From positions 208,583-272,582 of the forward strand of contig CANPZD010000001.1 in assembly GCA_947589085.1 (NCBI GenBank): a DNA stretch of 64,000 nucleotides. The letters run 5' to 3'. The position numbers and the translations under genes are program-made. Position 1 is the first letter of the stretch, and each line of letters starts with the position of its first letter. This DNA comes from an uncultured Clostridia bacterium (lineage in GTDB: Bacteria > Bacillota > Clostridia > Christensenellales > Borkfalkiaceae). The notes below the pieces were generated by a model that did not search any database, was not told the DNA's origin, and saw nothing but the letters and a program-made list of their open reading frames with translations. Of the stretch, positions 26,465 to 36,346 are shown piece by piece.

Positions 26465-28681
26465 TTATTTTTTCTCGTCGTCGGAGCCGAGCAGTTCGGA
26501 GATGGAAGCGCCGAAATTCCCGCCCTCTTTCCATTCTCTGTACTCGTCGTCCTCATCGGCCGAGCCGGTATTTCTGCGGCTGACCTTCTTGACTTTCTGA
26601 GGCTTGTTCTCGTCGCGTTCGGGACGAGGCTCATATTCGGGACGGGGTTGCAGCGCCTTGATCGAAAGCGTGATCTTTCTCTCGGCAGGGCTGAAAGCAA
26701 GGATCTTCGCGTCCACTTCTTCGCCGATCGTAAGCGCGCTCGTCGGATTTTCCAGCCACTCATGAGAGATCTGGGAGACGTGCACAAGTCCGTCGATCCC
26801 CTTTTCGAGTTCCACGAAAGCGCCGAACGGCACGATCCGCACAACTTTGCCGTGAACGATATCGCCTTCCGCGTACTTCTGCGCGGCAAGCTCCCACGGC
26901 TGGGGTTGAAGCTGCTTATATCCGATGGAAACCTTTTTGTTTTCGCGGTCGATCTTCAGGACCTTGAATTCATAGCGCTTGCCGATCTCAAGAACGTCGG
27001 TCACTTCGTTCACGCCCGTCCAGGAGAGGTCGGAAATATGCGCGAGGCAATCGAAGCCGTTGACGGAAACGAATGCGCCGAATTTCGTGACGCGTTCCAC
27101 TTTGCCTTCCACAACGTCGCCCAACTGGATCGAAGAGAAGAATGCTTCTTCCTTCGCGGCCTTGGCCGCCTCTCTTTCCGCGCGCTCCGCTTCGAGTACC
27201 ACGCGCTGCGAAGCAATGATCTCCTTGCGGCGCTCGTTGCGGATCTCGATCAGCTTCAGGCGAAGCGTCTTGCCCTTATATTTTTCGAGATCGGTCACGT
27301 AACCCATGCGGATCTCGCGGCGGGGCACAAATACGAGATACGTGCCGAGTTCCGCGGTAAGGCCGCCCTTGTTGGTATCGGTGCAGACGACGGAAAATTC
27401 TTTCCCCGCCTTGATATCTTCGAGAAGCGCTTCTTCCTCTCTGAGTTTCTTGACCATCTTTTCGGAGAGCTGCGTGGGCTTGACCGCGGTGACCATCACT
27501 TCGATCTTTTCGCCGGCCTTGGCCTTCTCCTCATATACTTTGCGGTCGTACTCCGCGCAGTCGAGTTCCGTTTTGGGAATACGGATTTCAAGCTTGCCGG
27601 ATCCCGAGACGAAAATCTCTTCGTCGGTCGCAGAGACGATCGTAACCTCGATGATCTGACCTTTTTTGTACCGTTCCTCTTTTTCGAATTCGTCCATGAT
27701 CTTCTGCATGGCCGAAGTCGGAACTTCCTGAACCGGCTCGCTCGCCGTTGCTTCGGCTGCGACTTCCTCTGCTTTGACCTCTTCCGCAGGCGCTTCCGCA
27801 GTTTCCGCTACTTGCGCTTCCACGGTTTTTTCGGTCTCTTGTACTTCCGCGTTGTTGTCCACCATCTTGAAAAGAACCTCCTGAGTCAGCCATTCGGGAG
27901 TGCTTGCTCCCGCGATTACGCCGACCCTACCAAAAAATTTTACTTTTTCATATTCGAACGCATCCGCACTGCTCACATAGAATACCTGCTTGCCCTGTGC
28001 CGACGCGATTTCGCCGAGACGTTTTGTGTTTCCGCTGTGCAGGCCGCCGACGACGATCAACGCGTCGCACGTGCGCGCAAGAAACTGCGCTTCCCGCTGT
28101 CTTTCAACAGTAGTATAACAAATTGTCGGAAAAATCACAAGTGTTTTCAGGCTTACTTTTTGAAGATTTTCGCTGATTTTGTAAAATATTTTCTCCGAAA
28201 AGGTGGTTTGAGCCACCAAAACCACATCTTTTCCGCGCAAATCCGAAAAATCTTCCCGCTCCGAAGAGACCACCCGCGCCTCGTTTCCGATCCACCCGAG
28301 CAGCCCCACAACTTCGGGATGGCGGATATCTCCGGCGATTACGATCGATTTTCCCGCCCGGCTCTCCTCTTCCGCGATCCTCTGCGTTCGGGAGACGAAC
28401 GGACAGGTGCAGTCGATCACTTCGATCCCGCGCTCCGCGCAGGCGGCATAGAGCGATCTCGGCGCTCCGTGCGATCGGATGAGAAGGCGCGCGCCGTCGG
28501 GCACTTCATCGAGACGATCTACGGTGACGATCCCGCGCGCGGCGATCTGCTTTACCACCGCCTCGTTATGGATCAGCTCGCCGAGGACGTATGTATTCTC
28601 TGCGGGAACGGCAAGCGCGGTTTCCACGGCGCGCTTTACGCCCGCACAGAATCCCCGGTGCCGGGAAACGACAACTTTCAC
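26465..28681 (-). CDS. ispH: Bifunctional 4-hydroxy-3-methylbut-2-enyl diphosphate reductase / ribosomal protein S1 fusion
   Basis: The N-terminal IspH part has HRGFCAGVKRAV and two further Cys sites. An acidic linker follows, then four S1 repeats (GDVVEGKVERVTKFGAFV, GDIVHGKVVRIVPFGAFV, etc.). GTG start overlaps the plsC stop. Confidence 0.9.
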   Translation of the reverse strand: MKVVVSRHRGFCAGVKRAVETALAVPAENTYVLGELIHNEAVVKQIAARGIVTVDRLDEVPDGARLLIRSHGAPRSLYAACAERGIEVIDCTCPFVSRTQRIAEEESRAGKSIVIAGDIRHPEVVGLLGWIGNEARVVSSEREDFSDLRGKDVVLVAQTTFSEKIFYKISENLQKVSLKTLVIFPTICYTTVERQREAQFLARTCDALIVVGGLHSGNTKRLGEIASAQGKQVFYVSSADAFEYEKVKFFGRVGVIAGASTPEWLTQEVLFKMVDNNAEVQETEKTVEAQVAETAEAPAEEVKAEEVAAEATASEPVQEVPTSAMQKIMDEFEKEERYKKGQIIEVTIVSATDEEIFVSGSGKLEIRIPKTELDCAEYDRKVYEEKAKAGEKIEVMVTAVKPTQLSEKMVKKLREEEALLEDIKAGKEFSVVCTDTNKGGLTAELGTYLVFVPRREIRMGYVTDLEKYKGKTLRLKLIEIRNERRKEIIASQRVVLEAERAEREAAKAAKEEAFFSSIQLGDVVEGKVERVTKFGAFVSVNGFDCLAHISDLSWTGVNEVTDVLEIGKRYEFKVLKIDRENKKVSIGYKQLQPQPWELAAQKYAEGDIVHGKVVRIVPFGAFVELEKGIDGLVHVSQISHEWLENPTSALTIGEEVDAKILAFSPAERKITLSIKALQPRPEYEPRPERDENKPQKVKKVSRRNTGSADEDDEYREWKEGGNFGASISELLGSDDEKK

Positions 28682-29442
28682 GCTTTTTTCCCCTTCTTGC
28701 GGGAAGCCCGGAACTGCGCGCGAAGTTCATACATGCGGTTGCGCAGAAATTCGTCGGCTTGGGCGTATTCTTCCGCAGAAACTTTTTCTTCATAATACTG
28801 CGTGAATTCCACGGGTTCCCCGAATACGACGTGCGTGATCCTGAAGATCCGCGGCCGGTTGCAGATCACGAACGGGATCACGGGAGATTTCGTTTTGATC
28901 GCAAGCAACGACGCGCCGCCGTGAAACGGTAAAAATTCGTCGTCCTCCCGTCGGTTGCGCGTTCCCTCCGGGAACATGCAAACCTTTTCTCCGGCCTTCA
29001 GAATGCGGACGGCCTCCATGACGGTACGCACGTCCGACCCGTCTCTCGCCGCGCCGATCGCCCCGATCCGAACGCCCCATTTCCACAAAACGGGCGCCTC
29101 AAGCACGGATTTTTTGCAAATATAATGGATCCCCTCCCGCGTCGTCCGGGCGGGATAGATCACGTCGAACATGCTGTAATGGTTTCCGACGAAGATACAG
29201 GAATCCTTGCCGGTTTTTTTGTTCCCGTGCAGTTTATAAGGATAAAAAATAAAATGGAGCGGGATCAGAAAAAATTTCAAAAAATTAAGGAAGGGCATGA
29301 TGTGCATTCCCTTCTTATTTGCGGGAAAAAGGCGCGGTTTTTTGTTTGCTTCCAAGCGTTTTGCCTTGGTTTCCGCTTTTTTTTCAGCTTTTCGCTCCGC
29401 GCGGGTGAGCTTCGCGGGCGCATTCCCGGATTCTTCCGCCAT
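28678..29442 (-). CDS. plsC: 1-acyl-sn-glycerol-3-phosphate acyltransferase
   Basis: NHYSMFD (NHxxxxD) and FPEGTRN motifs, with a basic Lys/Ala-rich N-terminal tail. Confidence 0.85.
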   Translation of the reverse strand: MAEESGNAPAKLTRAERKAEKKAETKAKRLEANKKPRLFPANKKGMHIMPFLNFLKFFLIPLHFIFYPYKLHGNKKTGKDSCIFVGNHYSMFDVIYPARTTREGIHYICKKSVLEAPVLWKWGVRIGAIGAARDGSDVRTVMEAVRILKAGEKVCMFPEGTRNRREDDEFLPFHGGASLLAIKTKSPVIPFVICNRPRIFRITHVVFGEPVEFTQYYEEKVSAEEYAQADEFLRNRMYELRAQFRASRKKGKKA

Positions 29443-30449
29443 CAGATCTTCTCCTGCATTTTACGCTTCAAAAACGCCACGACTTCTTCGATCGTCATAT
29501 CCGAGGTATCGACGAGCGTAGCGTCCTCCGCCAACTTAAGCGGCGCGATCTTGCGGTTGATATCCTGTTCGTCGCGGCATACGATCTCTTTTTTGAGTTC
29601 CTCGAAATCTACTTTGTGCCCCTTTGCCAGCAATTCGTCGTAGCGGCGCTTTGCGCGCACGTCCGGCGTTGCCGTAAGATAGAATTTGAAATCGGCATCG
29701 GGAAGCACAAACGTGCCGATATCCCGTCCGTCGAGTACGCAAGACATCTTATGTGCAATCTCGCGCTGTTTTTCCGCCATGTGCATGCGCACGCTCGGAT
29801 GCTTGGATACGGTGGACGCCGCCATGGAGACGTGCGGCTCGCGGATACGCTCCGAAACGTCCTCTCCGTCCAGCAACGTATGCTGCACACCGTCGATATA
29901 TTGAATATCGAGTTTCACGTTTCGCATCAGATCGACGATCGCGGCTTCATCGTTGATATCAACGCCGGATTCCAGCGCTTTCAGCGCGCAAGCGCGGTAC
30001 ATCGCTCCCGTATCCAGATGCAAAATATTGTAATCCTTTGCGAGCAGCTTGGCGACCGTCGATTTGCCGCTTCCGGCGGGGCCGTCGATCGCGACATTGA
30101 ATACCGACGTCAGATCTTTTCTCAAAATCTTTGCGCCGCGCAGATAGATATGACGGGGAACGATGTTTTTTTCCACAAATACCATTACGCGAATGCAAAG
30201 CCGAAGTCCGCCCTCGATCTCCGGTTCCATGGTCGAAAAGAGCGAACAGCCTTCGTAGCCGGCTTCGCGCGCGGCCTTGGCCGGGTAATAAGAATGAATA
30301 TCCGAAGTGCTGGAAAAAACGATGCTCACGATCTCGTCTTTGATCAGCCCGTTGCAGCTTGAAATCTGTTTCAAGAGTTCCGCAGTTGCATATTTGATTT
30401 CATCTTTGTCGTCTGCCGCAATCGTTGTTGCGCCGCGCACCACTACCAT
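29442..30449 (-). CDS. cmk: Fusion of AroH-type chorismate mutase (N-terminal) and cytidylate kinase (C-terminal)
   Basis: Residues 1-118 contain VVVRGATT...YPAKAAREAG...GGLRLCIRVMVFV...HIYLRGAKILRKDL (AroH pattern). They are followed directly by VAIDGPAGSGKSTVAK...DTGAMYRA (Cmk). Confidence 0.85.
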   Translation of the reverse strand: MVVVRGATTIAADDKDEIKYATAELLKQISSCNGLIKDEIVSIVFSSTSDIHSYYPAKAAREAGYEGCSLFSTMEPEIEGGLRLCIRVMVFVEKNIVPRHIYLRGAKILRKDLTSVFNVAIDGPAGSGKSTVAKLLAKDYNILHLDTGAMYRACALKALESGVDINDEAAIVDLMRNVKLDIQYIDGVQHTLLDGEDVSERIREPHVSMAASTVSKHPSVRMHMAEKQREIAHKMSCVLDGRDIGTFVLPDADFKFYLTATPDVRAKRRYDELLAKGHKVDFEELKKEIVCRDEQDINRKIAPLKLAEDATLVDTSDMTIEEVVAFLKRKMQEKI

Positions 30450-30568
30450 CCCGATTCTCCTGTATGCACTTTATAAATATATTATATCCGCTTCCCGGAA
30501 AAAAGTCAAAGATTCTGCATAAAATCCAAATATTCATTTCCGTAAAACAAAGTACTATGTCACAAATA

Positions 30569-31798
30569 TTACTGTGTTAATACGGATTTATCCCCGATTC
30601 CCGCGGCATAACCCGTAGAAAAAGCGATCTGCAGGTTAAATCCCCCCGTATATGCGTCGGCGTCCAGAACTTCCCCGCAAAAATAGAGGCCTTTGATTTT
30701 TTTGCTCTGCATCGTTTTCGGATCGATTTCCCGAAGCGCCACCCCGCCGGACGTAACGACGGCCTCGGAAAATCCGCGCAGTTTTTTCGGTCGGATCGGA
30801 AAGGATTTCAACGCTTCGATCAAGCGTTTCCGCTCCTCTCTGGTTACGGCGTTCGCCTGCTTTTCGGCGTCGATATTTGCGGCGCGCAGCACGAGTGCGA
30901 CCAACCCTTTCGGCAACAGTCCCCGAAGCACGCTCTTCATCTGTTCGTTTGCCCGTTCGCTGAAATCTTTGAGCAGGCGTTCGTCCAACGTTTTGATATC
31001 CAAGGCGGGTTTCAGGTCGAGATATAACGAAACTTCCGAGAGCGGGATCCGGTTGATCTCGGCCGAAAGCGACAATGTCAGCGGTCCGGATATCCCGTAA
31101 TGCGTGAACAGCAGCTCGCCGAAACGGGATGAGATCGTTTTTTCGCCCTGTTTTGCCGTAAGAACAACATTTTTTAACGAAATTCCCTGCGCTTCGGTAA
31201 CGCCGTCCGCTTCGATTCCCGTCAACGACGGCACGCAATCGGTCACGGTATGCCCGGCCTCGGCGGCAAACCGATATCCGTCTCCCGTGGATCCCGTGGA
31301 AGAATAACTGAGTCCGCCCGTGGCGACGATCACGGCGTCGGCCGGGATCAGGCCATCCCGCGTAAGAACGCCGCGCACGCAATTTTCCGCAATTTGGATT
31401 TTCAGTACTTCGGTATTCAGCCGGATTTCCGCGCCCGCACGCCGGCAAGCGGCCTCGAGCGCTTTCGTGACGTCGCTTGCGTGATCGGTCACGGGAAATA
31501 CGCGCATTCCCCGTTCCGTTTTCAGGGAAAGTCCGTTTTCTTCCATGAATTTCATGGTATCGGCGGGAGAAAATCGATAAATGGCGCCCGTCAGAAACTT
31601 TGCGCCGTGAACGACATTCTGTAAAAATTCATCCGGCGGGCAATCGTTGGTGAGATTGCAGCGTCCTTTGCCTGTGATATAAATTTTTTTCCCGAGCTTT
31701 TCGTTCTTTTCCAGTAGCAATGTCTCATGGCCGCAGGACGCCGCCGCATACGCGGCCATAAGTCCGGAAGCGCCTCCTCCCACGACGATCTTACGCAT
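30569..31798 (-). CDS. NAD(P)/FAD-dependent oxidoreductase, HI0933/YhiN (BaiN-like) family
   Basis: KIVVGGGASGLMAAYAAA dinucleotide fold and the C-terminal YFCGEVLDADAYTGGFNLQIAFSTG. Start at ATG 31798, just after the surE stop. Confidence 0.85.
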   Translation of the reverse strand: MRKIVVGGGASGLMAAYAAASCGHETLLLEKNEKLGKKIYITGKGRCNLTNDCPPDEFLQNVVHGAKFLTGAIYRFSPADTMKFMEENGLSLKTERGMRVFPVTDHASDVTKALEAACRRAGAEIRLNTEVLKIQIAENCVRGVLTRDGLIPADAVIVATGGLSYSSTGSTGDGYRFAAEAGHTVTDCVPSLTGIEADGVTEAQGISLKNVVLTAKQGEKTISSRFGELLFTHYGISGPLTLSLSAEINRIPLSEVSLYLDLKPALDIKTLDERLLKDFSERANEQMKSVLRGLLPKGLVALVLRAANIDAEKQANAVTREERKRLIEALKSFPIRPKKLRGFSEAVVTSGGVALREIDPKTMQSKKIKGLYFCGEVLDADAYTGGFNLQIAFSTGYAAGIGDKSVLTQ

Positions 31799-32531
31799 AG
31801 CGTTTTCTCCATTCGGCAAGAAGTTCGTCGTTCGTGAAATCCACGCGCAGCGGCGTGATCGTCACATAGCCCTCACGAAGATAAAGAATATCGCCCTCTC
31901 CCTCGAACTGAGGCGCACTGCTTACGATGCCGAGACCGACGCCTTCTTCCGTGTAATACGTGGTTTGATACCAGGATTTCGCAGCCGCACAAAAAGAAAA
32001 TCCTTTCGGAGAGCAATCGGGAAAGTTGATATTGACGACCCGCGCCTCTTGCGCGAGTTTGGCCCAATCCTGCAGTTTTTCGATCGTGATCCCGCAAGCT
32101 CTCTGAAATGCCGCCGTGATCTCTTCCGGCGTATAGGCGCGGTGCAGTCTTTGGGAAAGCGCGATCGACGGAATGCCGCAAACCGCACCTTCCATGGCGC
32201 CCGCCACCGTACCGCTGTACAGCGTATCGACGCCGAGATTCAGCCCGGCATTGACGCCGGAAATCAGCAGATCGGGCCGGATCCCGAGATGTTTGAGCGC
32301 AAGAAGCACGCAATCCGTGGGCGTACCCGTCACCGAATACGCTTCGATCCCATCGAAGTCCTCGCGGGAAATTTTCAGTCCCGGCTGCATGGTGATCTTG
32401 TGCGAGACGGCGGAATTGTTTTCATGCGGAGCAACGACTGCCACATGATGCCCTTCCCTTTTCAATGCGGAAGCGAGGGTCCGAAGGCCCTCGCCGAAAA
32501 TTCCGTCGTCGTTTGTCAATAAAATATTCAT
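31791..32531 (-). CDS. surE: 5'/3'-nucleotidase SurE
   Basis: MNILLTNDDGIFGEGL; start ATG 32531. Confidence 0.92.
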   Translation of the reverse strand: MNILLTNDDGIFGEGLRTLASALKREGHHVAVVAPHENNSAVSHKITMQPGLKISREDFDGIEAYSVTGTPTDCVLLALKHLGIRPDLLISGVNAGLNLGVDTLYSGTVAGAMEGAVCGIPSIALSQRLHRAYTPEEITAAFQRACGITIEKLQDWAKLAQEARVVNINFPDCSPKGFSFCAAAKSWYQTTYYTEEGVGLGIVSSAPQFEGEGDILYLREGYVTITPLRVDFTNDELLAEWRKRYA

Positions 32532-32536
32532 GTGAT

Positions 32537-33952
32537 TCAAACCGGATACACGCCTGTCTTTTTCAGGTCGCTGTCGATCCCCTCGTTTTTCGCCTTTCTC
32601 CATTTGAAGAAATTTTCGGCAACCTCGGGGAAAGAGGCGTACGAAAGCACGTCCTCCTCCTGCGTATAAAACCCTTTTTCGATGACTTCCGCCTTGAGTT
32701 TTTCATACTCCGGCTCGAGATCGTCTGCGGGGCGGTACGTGATCCGTTTTTCTCCTTTCAGGATCTTCTTCGCAACTTCTTCGTTGATCGGCATGGGAAC
32801 GCGGCCGTATTTACCCGCAAAGAGATCCCGCGTCTCCTTCGTCGTCATCTTGTACCGTTCGCCCATGACGACGTTCATGACGGCCTGCGTGCCGACGATC
32901 TGGGAAGAAGGCGTCACGAGAGGCGGATAGCCGCAATCCTTTCTCACGTTGGGCACTTCGGCGAGCACTTCGGGGAGTTTATCCTCTTTTCCCGCCTTTT
33001 TGAGCTGATTCATGAGGTTGGAAAGCATGCCGCCGGGCACCTGATAGATCAGCGTATTGACGTCGACCTGCCGCACTTTGGGATTCAGCGAGCCTTCCTT
33101 TTCGAGTTCGGCCGCAACTTTCTTGAAATGATTTGCAATGGGGATCAAGCGGTTAAGATCGATCCCCGTGTCGTATTCGGTGCCCTGCAAGGTCGCCACA
33201 AGCGATTCGGTCGCGGGCTGCGAAGTTCCGTTGGCAAGCGGAGAGAGCGCCGTATCCACAATGTCCACCCCGGCGCGGATCGCCATGAGATTGACCATAT
33301 CGCCCGTCCCGGTGGTGTTGTGGGTGTGAAGATGCAGTTTTGTCTCCGGCCGAAGCGCCTTTTTCAAGGCCGTGACAAGCTCGTACGCCTGGAACGGCAA
33401 AAGCAAATTTGCCATATCCTTGATACAGATATTGTCGGCGCCCATGCTCTCGTACGTCTTGGCAAGATCGACAAAGTATTGCAGATTGTAGACGGGGCCC
33501 GTCGTATAGGAGATCGCAGCTTCGCATACGCCTCCGCAGGCGGCGCCGTACTTTTTGATGGCCTTCATCGAAGCTTCGATGTTGCGCGGATCGTTCAGCG
33601 CGTCGAATACGCGAATGACGCCGATCCCGTTTTCGAAGCACTTATCGACAAGTTTGTCGACGAGATCGTCGGCGTAGTTCCGGTATCCGAGCAGATTTTG
33701 TCCGCGCAGAAGCATCTGGATTGGCGTCTTTTTCAGATGTTTTTTGAGCGTGCGGAGACGTTCCCACGGATCCTCGTTGAGAAAGCGCATACAGGTATCG
33801 AAGGTGGCGCCGCCCCATCCTTCGAGAGAATAGTACCCCACCTCGTCGAGCTGATCGAGAACGGGGATCATCTGCTCCGTACGCATCCGCGTCGCGGCCT
33901 GCGATTGGTGTGCGTCGCGCAGAATCGTATCCATGATCATTACTTTTGACAT
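32537..33952 (-). CDS. Oxaloacetate decarboxylase alpha / transcarboxylase 5S-type carboxyltransferase, without a biotinyl domain
   Basis: MIMDTILRDAHQSQAATRM (HMGL-like TIM barrel) and HLHTHNTTG. 471 aa with no AMKM motif. ATG 33952 follows AAGGAG. Confidence 0.88.
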   Translation of the reverse strand: MSKVMIMDTILRDAHQSQAATRMRTEQMIPVLDQLDEVGYYSLEGWGGATFDTCMRFLNEDPWERLRTLKKHLKKTPIQMLLRGQNLLGYRNYADDLVDKLVDKCFENGIGVIRVFDALNDPRNIEASMKAIKKYGAACGGVCEAAISYTTGPVYNLQYFVDLAKTYESMGADNICIKDMANLLLPFQAYELVTALKKALRPETKLHLHTHNTTGTGDMVNLMAIRAGVDIVDTALSPLANGTSQPATESLVATLQGTEYDTGIDLNRLIPIANHFKKVAAELEKEGSLNPKVRQVDVNTLIYQVPGGMLSNLMNQLKKAGKEDKLPEVLAEVPNVRKDCGYPPLVTPSSQIVGTQAVMNVVMGERYKMTTKETRDLFAGKYGRVPMPINEEVAKKILKGEKRITYRPADDLEPEYEKLKAEVIEKGFYTQEEDVLSYASFPEVAENFFKWRKAKNEGIDSDLKKTGVYPV

Positions 33953-34015
33953 AAACAAACTCCTTGAACGCCTTTTTGCGGTTTGCAGAAAGACAAAAAG
34001 GTCATGCGGATCTTA

Positions 34016-35653
34016 TCAGCCGAAGCAGGCGAGCAGCATGCCCGCGGCGAGCGCGGAACCGATGACGCCCGCAACGTTGGGTCCCATCGCGTGCATGAGA
34101 AGGTGGTTGGAAGGATCGGTCTCCCTTCCCACGTCCTCCGAAATTCGTGCCGCCATCGGGACGGCCGAGACGCCCGCGGAACCGATCAGCGGGTTGATCT
34201 TCCCCTTTGTGACCTTGCACATGATCTTGGCGGTGAGTATGCCGCCGATCGTGCCGCAATAGAATGCGAAGATGCCGATTGCGAGGATCCCGAGCGTCTG
34301 CGTGGTGAGGAATACGCCTCCCTTCGCCTTGCAGCCGACGGCAATCCCGAGGAAGATCGTGACCGTGTTGATGAGGCCGTTCTGCGCCTGCGAAGAAAGC
34401 CTTTCGACGACGCCGGACTCGCGGAAGAGATTCCCGAGCATGAGCATCCCGAGAAGCGGGATCGCGTCGGGCAGCAACAGACCGACCACGAGCGTGACGA
34501 CGATCGGGAACATGATCTTTTCGACTTTGGAAACCTGACGCAGAGGTTTCATGCGGATCGCTCGTTCCTTTTTTGTCGTCAAAAGGCGCATGATCGGCTT
34601 TTGAATGGCCGGAATGAGCGCCATGTACGAATATGCCGCTATGGCGATCGTCGGGACGAGATTGTCGGCGAGCATTTTGGAAACATAGATGGCAGTCGGG
34701 CCGTCCGCGCCGCCGATAATGGCAATGGCCGCCGCTTGCGCGCCCGTAAATCCGAGAAGTACCGCTCCGAAGAGCGCGATGAAGATCCCGAGCTGCGCCC
34801 CCGCGCCGATCAGCATACTCTTGGGATTGGCGATCAGCGGACCGAAATCCGTCATCGCGCCGATGCCGAGGAAGATGAGCGGCGGGTAGATCACTTTATC
34901 GACGCCGTAATAGAGATACCATAAAAGTCCACGATTTGTTACATCCTCGTATGCCTCGCTAATAATCACCGAATTGTTCGCAAAAGAGAGAGTTCCCGAG
35001 GTCCACGTCCCCTGCATATAGCCGTACAGATGATAAAACGTGTTCAATTCCCCGACGGACATCGTTTTCGCTGTGCCGTTTATCAGAGCTTCGAGCGTCG
35101 AATAATAGGTGACGGTATCTCCTGCTAAAAATCCCTCTTGCAGGTAAATGAGTTGACCCGCCGCATTAGAATAGGTGGCGATATATTCGATGCCTTGGAC
35201 AATTTGATTAAACGAATAGAGCGCCTCAAAGTCCGCTTGCGCCATCGTGAGAGCACCCTCGCCCGCTTTCAACGTTTCAAGGGTTTGGTAGAAGGTGACG
35301 ATCCCATCCTGAAGATACCCCTCACGCACATAGACAAGTGCACCGTTCGCCTTATCCGCAAATGCCGCGATGTAGCCATGCGACGTATCAACACCGACTT
35401 GATAGTTCAGAGCGGGAGTCTCATAGGTGCCCCACAAGATCTTTTCCGCGCCGGGAAGATTGATGAGAAACATTCCGAATGCAATCGGAAGCAGCAACAT
35501 CGGCTCGTATTTTTTGACGATCGCGAGGAAAAAGAGCACGAGAGAAATCGCCAGCATCACATAGTTTTGCCAGCCGCCCTGCGAAAGCCCCATCGAACCC
35601 CACAGATTCGAAAAAATATCGCCGATATTCAATGCGATCAAACTGCTTTGCAT
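34016..35653 (-). CDS. Sodium-translocating decarboxylase beta subunit (OadB/MmdB/GcdB family) with an enlarged loop
   Basis: KKYEPMLLLPIAFGMF and FLGIGAMTDFGPLIANP are family hallmarks. 545 aa compared with about 370-435 aa as I recall it. Confidence 0.88.
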   Translation of the reverse strand: MQSSLIALNIGDIFSNLWGSMGLSQGGWQNYVMLAISLVLFFLAIVKKYEPMLLLPIAFGMFLINLPGAEKILWGTYETPALNYQVGVDTSHGYIAAFADKANGALVYVREGYLQDGIVTFYQTLETLKAGEGALTMAQADFEALYSFNQIVQGIEYIATYSNAAGQLIYLQEGFLAGDTVTYYSTLEALINGTAKTMSVGELNTFYHLYGYMQGTWTSGTLSFANNSVIISEAYEDVTNRGLLWYLYYGVDKVIYPPLIFLGIGAMTDFGPLIANPKSMLIGAGAQLGIFIALFGAVLLGFTGAQAAAIAIIGGADGPTAIYVSKMLADNLVPTIAIAAYSYMALIPAIQKPIMRLLTTKKERAIRMKPLRQVSKVEKIMFPIVVTLVVGLLLPDAIPLLGMLMLGNLFRESGVVERLSSQAQNGLINTVTIFLGIAVGCKAKGGVFLTTQTLGILAIGIFAFYCGTIGGILTAKIMCKVTKGKINPLIGSAGVSAVPMAARISEDVGRETDPSNHLLMHAMGPNVAGVIGSALAAGMLLACFG

Positions 35654-35666
35654 ACCAGACCCCGCG

Positions 35667-36017
35667 TTATCCGATTACGGCAAGAATTGCATCCGATTCA
35701 ACGTTCGCGCCCTTTGCGACCTGAAAATTGACCGTGCCGTCGCAGGGCGATGTGATGTCGTTGTCCATCTTCATGGCTTCCAGAACGAGAATGGGCTGAT
35801 CTTTTTTCACGGGCGCGCCGTTCGCGACGAGAAGATTCTTGATGAGTCCCGGGAACGGAGCGAGCACTTTCGTCCCCTTGCCGTTTCCCGCGGGTTTTGC
35901 AGCCGGGGCGGCCGCGGGCGCCGCAACGGCAGGAGCCGCCGTCGCGCCGGTTTCCTCTACGCTTACTTCATACTGTTTTCCGTCTACCGTAATGATAAAA
36001 TTCCGCATAATATCCAA
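35667..36017 (-). CDS. Biotin carboxyl carrier subunit
   Basis: Ala/Pro linker plus VLEAMKMDNDITSP, the biotinyl-Lys motif. Confidence 0.9.
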   Translation of the reverse strand: MDIMRNFIITVDGKQYEVSVEETGATAAPAVAAPAAAPAAKPAGNGKGTKVLAPFPGLIKNLLVANGAPVKKDQPILVLEAMKMDNDITSPCDGTVNFQVAKGANVESDAILAVIG

Positions 36018-36023
36018 CCTTCC

Positions 36024-36344
36024 TTATAATCTTTTGATGCGCCGAACGACAAAATCGCATTTTGCAGCTCCCTCGGAGGTATAGGCCGCGACGGCAGCCG
36101 CGATCACCGCCAAAACCTGCGGAGGGATTTTTTCCTCGGCCGTTTCGGCCGGAGGCGCCGGCAACGCGGGAGTTTTTTGTTTTTCTTCCCGCCGGCGGAC
36201 GACCTTTCTCATGAGCAGGCCGATCAAGGTGAGTATGGCGATGAGCAGCACAATACCCGCAAATACGAACAACAGTCCGAATACGGAATAAAACGCGCCC
36301 TCGCCGAGATCCAACTTGAACCATGCAAGCAGCCGATCCGACAT
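36024..36344 (-). CDS. OadG-family small membrane subunit (decarboxylase gamma/delta)
   Basis: Single TM segment (VFGLLFVFAGIVLLIAILTLIGLL), a Pro/Ala linker and a C-terminal amphipathic tail; located between the CT and BCCP genes. Confidence 0.7.
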   Translation of the reverse strand: MSDRLLAWFKLDLGEGAFYSVFGLLFVFAGIVLLIAILTLIGLLMRKVVRRREEKQKTPALPAPPAETAEEKIPPQVLAVIAAAVAAYTSEGAAKCDFVVRRIKRL

Positions 36345-36346
36345 AT

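Noticed and set aside
26465-28681. The IspH-S1 fusion as a novelty.
   Set aside because: This fusion is, to my knowledge, a common and already annotated architecture in Clostridia, so it is listed as a feature only.
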